A DNA stretch of 59,258 nucleotides, the filler included, from Sluysia triapertura (taxonomy: Eukaryota), in assembly GCA_046118255.1 (NCBI GenBank). It is 5 parts of 5 records of this genome, joined end to end, with 100 filler letters (N's around TTAATTAATTAA, not from the genome) between each part and the next. Parts side by side here need not be neighbours in the genome. Positions count along the whole stretch, not along the records: positions 48,035 to 59,258 come from JBJNIA010187180.1; 4 more parts are not named here. One strand, written 5' to 3'. Position numbers and translations under genes: made by a program. Shown here in pieces: positions 51,649-59,258 of this stretch (within the stretch, counting starts at the first letter, position 1; every line of letters begins with the position of its first letter). The notes under the pieces are model-generated. The model searched no databases. It was not told the origin of the DNA and saw nothing but the letters and a program-made list of their open reading frames with translations.

Positions 51649-54378
51649 TTCATATTGTTTTATTTTTCTAGCTGGTGTCAAATGGCGCATCGTACATCTT
51701 TGGTAAAAATATACATTGTCTATATGTCTATTTTGATTTATGAAGTTTACATTGTCAATATTGTGTTTTTCTTCAATGAAGATTGTTTCTTAAACTATTT
51801 TTATTTCCAGTTTGCATTTTAAAGGATTTTTCTGGTCAATAGTTTGAATAGAACTATTTCTCCAATTTTGAGCATGAAAATATTGTTATTTGTTTATTGT
51901 CAATACTTTCTAATTAGTAATTGTGTTTGTTACTTGCTAGATGTAAATACTTTGTATTTATTTACTGCTAATATTCTAAAATTGTTTGAGCTTCTATAAG
52001 AGCTTCTCATTTGCCTCAATCGGGTTAAATAGTTTCGTATTTACTATTAGTAATATTTGCTAAATTATCGCCTCCGTCTGAGTAATGAACTTTCTTAACC
52101 CCCAGCCAGAAAGGAAATGATTTGGTTCAGTAAATTCAGTAAAAGTGAACTTAACAATTTCATGTCATGAGAACGTAAATTGTTAGTTTTAATAATAACT
52201 CTGATGTGGTTTCTTTTAAAAAGGACTTAACCTACAATCATGGAAAATAAAACTGTTGAGCTCGTCTGTGATCCGCGACTTACACAATTAAGGACGCGTC
52301 CATGGATTTGAAAAAATTCGAGCAGAATAAGAATTAAAATTGGAATTTGAACAAAATTTGTTCTAAATGCTTTTGCTTCGTGTGTGATACTCTAAAAGTT
52401 CGACATCTTTATAAGCAGCTTAGGCTTTAGTTTACAAACTCGTTAAATGATATATGATTTTATAATCCCGTAATAAATAGGAATTCGAAAAGATTAAACT
52501 TAAAACTATATAAGTTACTTTTAGGGAAATTTGAATTAAATGTTCTTTTTTGTTATTATTGTAAACTGTTTTAACGAAATTAATATTAATTATATTAAAA
52601 TTAACGAGATTAAGTTTAAAAATTTCCTCATTTACTCTTTATTATACATTGAATTGAAATAAACGAATATACTACAAATTGTTAATTTTATATGTTCATC
52701 CATTAGGTTACTTATATTCTGGCACGCCGTGGGTTTTCTTGCAAGAGTCTCTTAATAATAACAATCTGTTAAAGCAAGATAAATGTTTAAAATTACCAGG
52801 TTCAATGCTGCTCGTAGTTCCAGTGTGAATTGCTGGATGTTCAGTTAACAGCAGTTGTAGCAGTGTCAGTAGTTGATGTAGAATAATTGGAAAACTGTCA
52901 CCGCCGATAGTGCAGACGATGCTAGCAACAAAATAAACAGCACAAGTCATTATTGATGACAACTATAATAATAGTGATCATAAATAAACTAGAATAATAA
53001 TAATAATGTATATAAATAATAAATAAATAATACAGTCAATAACAACAATTATTATTATAAAATATTATTAAAATAAAATTATAATAAAATGAACAATTAA
53101 AATAAAATCATAATACTAATAATACATAAACTTTATTCTTTTGCACCTATATTTCTTGAATAAAATTATTTTACAATCTTAAATGCTTTGGAAAATATTT
53201 CGTGGATCTTATCGGTTTTCTCAAAAGATGTGTATCATCTTAACTAAAAAATGTTAGATAATGTTTACAACTTGATTATAATGTTTTAAGATGATTTTGA
53301 AATATGAATTTGATGTATTTCGATGATATTAAAGATTGAATGCTTTTCAGGATTGTAAACCTGAAATGTTTTGAATTAATTTCGAAATAAATATTTGACA
53401 ATTTGAGATGTAATTTGTGGTTCTAATGTTGTGAAATTCTGAATTAAAAATGTTTTAAATGAAATTTAAATGTACATTAATGGTTTTGAATGTAAGTGTG
53501 ATTTTAATATTATGAAGTTATGAATTTAAAATATTTTGAAAAAAATAAAAAAGGTTTTAATGGATCTGAAAGGTAAAATGTAAAATGTTAAAAATTACGA
53601 TATTTCGTATAAAATAAAGATTTTTAATTTTGAATAAAAAGGTTGGCCACCACATTGCTTCCCTTTCATTTGAATTCTCGTTTTAAATGTACGCTAATTA
53701 GTTTAGCCATTGGAAAGAACATTGCCAAATCAACAAATAATCTTTTTCAAAACTAGTAAAGTTTCGACTTATTCAATTAATTTAGTAAAAGTTTAGAATA
53801 GTAAAATTAAGTCAAAATTTTTGGGAAATATTAAACGCGCGTAAACTTAATTAAAAATCAACTAACGTCAATTATGACTAAAATTCTGAAAATCAATTTT
53901 TAATTTCCAACAGAATGAAACCTTGTCAAGGATGAATGCATTCTCGATCCTCTGGTTCCTATTAAAATGATGACAATTTGGTCGTGATTATTTTTATCTC
54001 TATCAAACTATTATAGAATAACGTGATAAAATTATTGAAATGATGTTTGTCTAAAATTTTATTAACAATACAATATCAAAACTTCACTCCTTACACAACA
54101 CAAACCAAATACATAACATTTAGACAGCTTAATACATAAAACAATAAAATAACACAATAATGAAATTTTCCTGTAAAACATTTCTGGCATACTTAGTCAC
54201 TGTTTTCTTTTACTCCTAAAACAATAGCTCGAATACCGAATAATCAACAAAAACAATTACAATAAAAGTAAACTTTTTTCTTGAAGTTTCTGTATTCTTT
54301 CTACTACTACTTCCTCTACTACTACTTCTATTACAACTATTACTGCTATTACTACTACTACTTACATGTTAGATAATA

Positions 54379-54720
54379 ATGTTTCAATTTCTCTCTGAAT
54401 CATCATTAACTACTCAACATCAAATTCATATTCTTCAAGAATTGATTGATCAACAAAATTCCGACTCAAAGAAATCATTGATAAAACTACAAACAGTTTA
54501 TCAAATGTTAAAAATGATTATCAAAAGGCACTCGATAAATTGGAACGTGTCCAACTACATTTCCGCAAATGGAAGACTGAAGAAGTTTCATCAATCTTCA
54601 AAATTAGGTAAATCAACAAGAAGAAAAACGTAAAGATAATCTAATGAAATAAGAAGTGAATCTGAAAAGAACAAAGCAGAATTAGAAAGAATTTACGATG
54701 ATACACTGAGAATTTCAATC
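54379..54720 (+). pseudogene. Frameshifted coiled-coil coding fragment
   Basis: IHILQELIDQQ / LSNVKNDYQKALDKLERVQ / EIRSESEKNKAELERIYDD in successive frames. Confidence 0.35.
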
Positions 54721-55099
54721 AGTACTACTACTAGACAATCGTTATAGTCTTTAATTTATGAGATGACATGGAAAAGTTCCAAAAGCTGCTTTATGAAGCT
54801 TTGTCCAGTTACAACAGAAATGCACAAATCTCTTCCTCTCAGTCATAATCGACTTATTGTATAAGCAGACATTAGCTTCTGATAGAAACATTGACCAAGA
54901 AAGGCAAAATCTTAAGTATCCGTGTAACAAATGCAAAGCAGTTCCTGAAGTGGAAAAAGATGCACTTGATGATGAATCTAGTAAAGTACAACAATTCTAA
55001 GACAATCGAACAAATAGCAAATTTGGCTCAGACTTTGACAAGGACATGAAATTACACCGAAAATAAACCATACATAAGAACCATATCAGATGTTTTGTT

Positions 55100-55590
55100 T
55101 TCAAAATAAAATTGATTTCATCATTTATTGTTACTGAAAATGGTCGAGACAGAGACACTTGGTAGTAGATAAAGGTATAGAGAAAGAGGAAACTACTTTT
55201 ATAAGCGTGAAAATTTTTCATTCGCTGTTAGTAGTCGTTGAAAAGAACTTGGAATAATTAATTATGATCAGGAACATAATTCTTTAGCTATTTGAATCAG
55301 TATTCGAGTAAAGAAGAACTTTGTGATTTATTTATTAAAGTGACAAATAATTTGGCAGCAGCTCAATCAAAACTGAAAAGTTGAAACTTGTGATTCTATT
55401 CTACAATATCATTCATATAATGTCGAAGCATTATTTCGTACAAGCAAAAGTTTAGCTAATAAAGGTTGTTATAATGTAGCTATTAAAGTATTGCGGCGTG
55501 CATCCAATATTGAAAGTAGTAACTTGGTGGTAAAAAAAGTAAAAAGTGTAATCGACCGAAATTATGTTAAATTAAGATTGTATACAATTA
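55100..55590 (+). pseudogene. FKBP8: FKBP8/FKBP38-like TPR region pseudogene
   Basis: RERGNYFYKRENFSFAVSS ... EELCDLFIKVTNNLAAAQSKL / ETCDSILQYHSYNVEALFRTSKSLANKGCYNVAIKVLRRASNIESSN, matching FKBP8 (RECGN.HY.R.DF / NNLAASQLKL / NIKALFRKGK). Stops and frameshifts; may extend upstream to about 54750. Confidence 0.75.
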
Positions 55591-56759
55591 ATATAAAAAA
55601 TAAATTTGAGATCATTATGAAACAAATAAATTAATAATAATTCTTTTGTTAATTGCCTATTGTAGTAATGACAATAACTGCTGTTATTAGAGTATAACAA
55701 CAATAATTACTTTTACGTTATTAGAATTTATCATTGGTAACTAAAATTATCCTATTACTAATCACTTCTATTTTTATTGTAACTAAAATAATAAAAATAT
55801 ATTGTAGAAAAATAATTGTAGAAAAAATATTGTAGAAAAATAAAAATATATCAAGAGTAGTTCGTTTTGAATGCTCATCGATGATATTCATCAATATTCG
55901 TATTCGTATAGTGATTGAACTTGTTGTAATTCATACCTCCAGCCAAACTCCAATAATATTTTAACACGTGAAGTTATTGTTGTAAGTCTGTCAATGAAAA
56001 TAACTTATTAATTAGACATTTTTAAGTAGAAAGAAATATTGAATAGAATAACTTTCTGTTATTAAGAACTGTTAACAATAATAATTCTCAAACCTTCAAG
56101 TTTAGATCATGTAAAGTATACATAGTAATCGGAGTTATTATCTAATATGCAGAATTCGTTTAAACCCAATTAAAATTTTGTAACCCATAACAGCTATTCA
56201 CATTTTTAACAATAATAATAACGCCTATATTCGCATTATTAATACTTAGAATTTATTATCTTGCTGCATAATAGTCCAATAATATTATTTATACAATTTA
56301 AGATGTATAGTAGTGCATGAATCATTGCTTTTAGGTTATTCATATTTTTATATTCATACTTATAAACTTTCAATCATTCATTAACCCCTTAATGCACGCC
56401 CGTGTTAATACGTTTCTGCGCGTTAAAATGTTATATAAGTACATTTTATTTAATGGCTCACCACGTAATTGCATTTGCCACTTCGATATTCAAAATATCA
56501 TATTAAATTTGCATTTACACTATTTTCCAAACAAATTATTTACCTGATTTTCGATTAATTTTCAAACATTTGGTTATTATAATTTCGGGCAGCATTTCAA
56601 TTATTTTCAAACAACAAACATTTCATTAGTATTCATTCATTTAAGCATTGTAAGGTTATTATATTGTTTAACATTATTATACTTTTTATACTCTTACATA
56701 ACTTTCTCTTCGGGAAAATGAGTCCCTAATTCTAAAAGAAGTTACTATAACAATTGAAG

Positions 56760-57500
56760 AACAAAGTGATAAAAATATAAAATGATAAAGTGTACAACAC
56801 ATCAGTATTCGTCCTCATCGATGTTAACATTAGAAGACTTTGTGTTTGTGTGATTGTTCTTTATGTATAATTTATGTTTTAGTGTATCGAAATGAAATAT
56901 GTTACATGTACTGTCTGTTTAGAATGTGTTCTTATATACAATGAAAGAGGAGCACTGGTTCGAAAATTTGTAGCAAAATGATGAGTAATAACATCGAAAA
57001 GAGCAATCAAATCCTGAGTCTGTTATGTGCAATAAACACGTGGCGGGAGGGATAAAGGTGTTTCATCACCTTTCGTGCTCTAAGAATATCATTAAAGGAT
57101 TTATGTGGTATTTTTTTTATCGCAGAGAGATATAATCCAAATTTACAAATGTCTGAGATATCCTTTGCTTACTTCAAGCTTTCCTCTTTTATGAAATTTT
57201 GAATACTTATACGTGGGTGAATTATTTCATCTGAGTGAAAAAGTTTATATTAAGTCGTGAAACATGTTCGCAGTATCTGGTGCTTTTCGTTGAAATCCAA
57301 GACAAACTGTATAGCCATAAAGACAAGTTAAGTTTTATCTAACATTGAAACATGCGGTGTGGGAATAAAAGTTACACGTTCCTGCTACTTATAGAGACTC
57401 TGCTCATCCAAAACATAAGGTAAAAGGTGTTTGGACATATCTCAGGAAACTTCTGCGTGCAAACAATGCAGTTATTAGCGATCTTTGTATGAGAAGTGGT
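56760..57500 (-). pseudogene. Decayed PAN/Apple-like cysteine-domain gene fragment
   Basis: SGFDCSFRCYYSSFCYKFSNQCSSFIVYKNTF*TDSTCNIF; C-x3-C-x5-C spacing; stops. Confidence 0.35.
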
Positions 57501-58251
57501 GAAAATCTTTCTAATCTGGTATAAAGTGGAACTTGATTAACAAAAATTGATAATTTTAAGGACTCTTCTAGCTGCGACTATAATAAGGGAGCTATGATCT
57601 TTATGGTAGGCTTGTAAGTTGTTGAGGATCAGCAAATGTTCAAGTTGTTGAGAATGGAATATATGAGTGTGGAGAAAAGATCAACCATTTCGCATTTTAA
57701 AATATTTGGAGTCAAATTTGATTTTAAAAATGGAAAAGGATCGACGCCATTATAAAGCATTTTTACATGAGGATGTCATTTTGATTTTCTGAAAATGATA
57801 CATATAAAATTAACGTTAGTTGATTTTTTATTAAAACTCTTTATTTTCAATCGTTTAATGCCTTATGTTTTTTAAGAAGGATAAACAAAATAAATTAAAT
57901 GAATTTCTTTTTGATAAGTAGGTTAACCTTTTTCCTTAGAGTACTTTTATACAATCCTGCTTTTTATATAGTTTTCTTATTGTTTCCTGTGACGGTTGCA
58001 TTTCAGAGTGGAGGAATATTGCTGGTGGTATATCTGTTGTATGTGCCTTTTATGAATCGAAACAAAATAATAAAAAATAACATAATATTTCAACACTTTA
58101 AAAGTTTTAGTCTTTTATTAACAATATTCAATATATCTAATTTTATTTGGATTAACAGTTGACGATAATACTGGAATTAGATCCCCCTATCCACATTATT
58201 AAGATTATCTTCCAGTCAATGTTTACAATTAAACAAGGAGATTCAGATTAA

Positions 58252-58304
<53 letters not shown>

Positions 58305-58316
58305 ACTGTCATACAG

Positions 58317-59182
58317 GCTAGTGTAAAACGACAACAGTTTCTGGACGAAACTGTGTGGCGTCTTTCAGATCCTGTTGGCGAGTCTGCTCTTCTTCCTCCA
58401 CCTTCTTCGCCTTCTGCACCATCTCCACTAGCTCAAGCCCTCTCTCGTAGTCAAGACCGAGCCCATGACAGATTGCCGCCTTTATTTGGAGGCTTAGAGT
58501 TCTACCTTAGTCCTCGGTGTCGACATCGTAGTGTTTGTGCCGAATTAATTCGTGCTGGAGGAGGTTTATTACGAGACAAGCGTCCTACACAAAGATTGGC
58601 ATTACAGATGCCCGATCCAAGGCACTTGCTAATCTGTCACGAAGAAGATTCCCATTTGGCTCAGTATTTAACAAGGACAAAAACTGGCAATCGAGCAGTT
58701 CATCACGAAGAATTTGTATTGGGTGCCGTCTTGCGACAAGAAATTGATTTCGACTCCTATCAAATGCAACATGTCATTATACAATCAACTCCTGGCTCAT
58801 CGAATACCACTCAATCAGTTCTGAGTACTGTCTCTCCGAGTCAGCAACATTTGGTATCTAATGGGTGCGGTATGACAAAGCCGTTGCTTAGCAGCAATGG
58901 TCATCATCCACAAACTTTGCAAAACCCAACATCACAAGGACCACCAGTAGTCACTTTGCCTCAATACATACCTCATTCTATACCTAAACCACTAATGACT
59001 AATCAACAAGATGCATCGACAGCTAAAGTTACCTTAGCAACGAATATTACAAATGCCTTAACAGCAGTTATACTTACTGCTTCCTCATCTTCTGCTACTA
59101 CTGCAACTGCTTCGACTTCGGCTTCTGCTACCTCTACCGCTACTACTACTACTGCTACTATTGCTGCTGCTGCTGCTAATGC

Positions 59183-59244
<62 letters not shown>

Positions 59245-59258
59245 TTAATATTAATATT
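58317..59258 (+). CDS. PAXIP1: Exon (3'-partial) of PTIP/PAXIP1-like protein: end of penultimate BRCT, final BRCT, then S/T/A/N-rich tail
   Basis: Acceptor atacag| at 58311-58316, then 314 stop-free codons, GC-rich versus background: ASVKRQQFLDETVWRLSDPVGE...PPLFGGLEFYLSP...ELIRAGGGLL...LLICHEEDSHL...AVHHEEFVLGAVLRQEIDFDSY. This matches the recalled PTIP C-terminus (FIDEQNYILRD...PLFKAKYFYITP...AGGKVL...[21 protein letters not shown]) better than MDC1. Confidence 0.85.

Noticed and set aside
52708-52962. GC-richer 84-aa minus ORF, or an upstream PTIP exon
   Set aside because: No BRCT motif on the plus strand and no recognisable product in any frame; probably another decayed fragment.
56381-56660. 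Second piggyBac MITE starting TTAA CCCCTTAATGC
   Set aside because: No convincing matching right end with TTAA.
5640-57500. Stop-codon reassignment explaining the many stop-interrupted frames
   Set aside because: The same fragments also have frameshifts and deletions, all three stops occur, and the intact PTIP exon has no in-frame stop in 314 codons.
58535-58747. 70-aa ORF in the track
   Set aside because: Out-of-frame shadow of the PTIP exon.

Overview
Very AT-rich (roughly 75% AT by eye) eukaryotic, metazoan-type genomic DNA. A flatworm origin is plausible but is only an inference. The window is five contigs joined by artificial 100-bp linkers (N44-TTAATTAATTAA-N44). Only one clearly intact exon was found: 58317 to the window end (+), encoding the last BRCT domain of a PTIP/PAXIP1-like protein plus a low-complexity tail. 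It is absent from the ORF track because it has no stop in the window. The rest is repeats and decayed gene pieces: L2-type LINE 3' ends, hAT, piggyBac and pogo-like MITEs, AAT microsatellites, RPL18 and FKBP8 pseudogenes, and C2H2, LRR, PAN-like and EGF-like remnants. The most interesting structure is a ~130-180 bp repeat family (6 copies in 4 contigs) with LTR-like TGTT...AACA ends, apparent 4-bp target duplications and an internal tRNA-like cassette followed by a T-run. One copy is split between the D-arm and the anticodon stem by a 5'-truncated restriction-like-endonuclease (NeSL/Utopia/R5-type) non-LTR retrotransposon, suggesting a tRNA-targeting retroelement exploiting a mobile tRNA target. 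All calls come from manual reading; boundaries of decayed elements are approximate.
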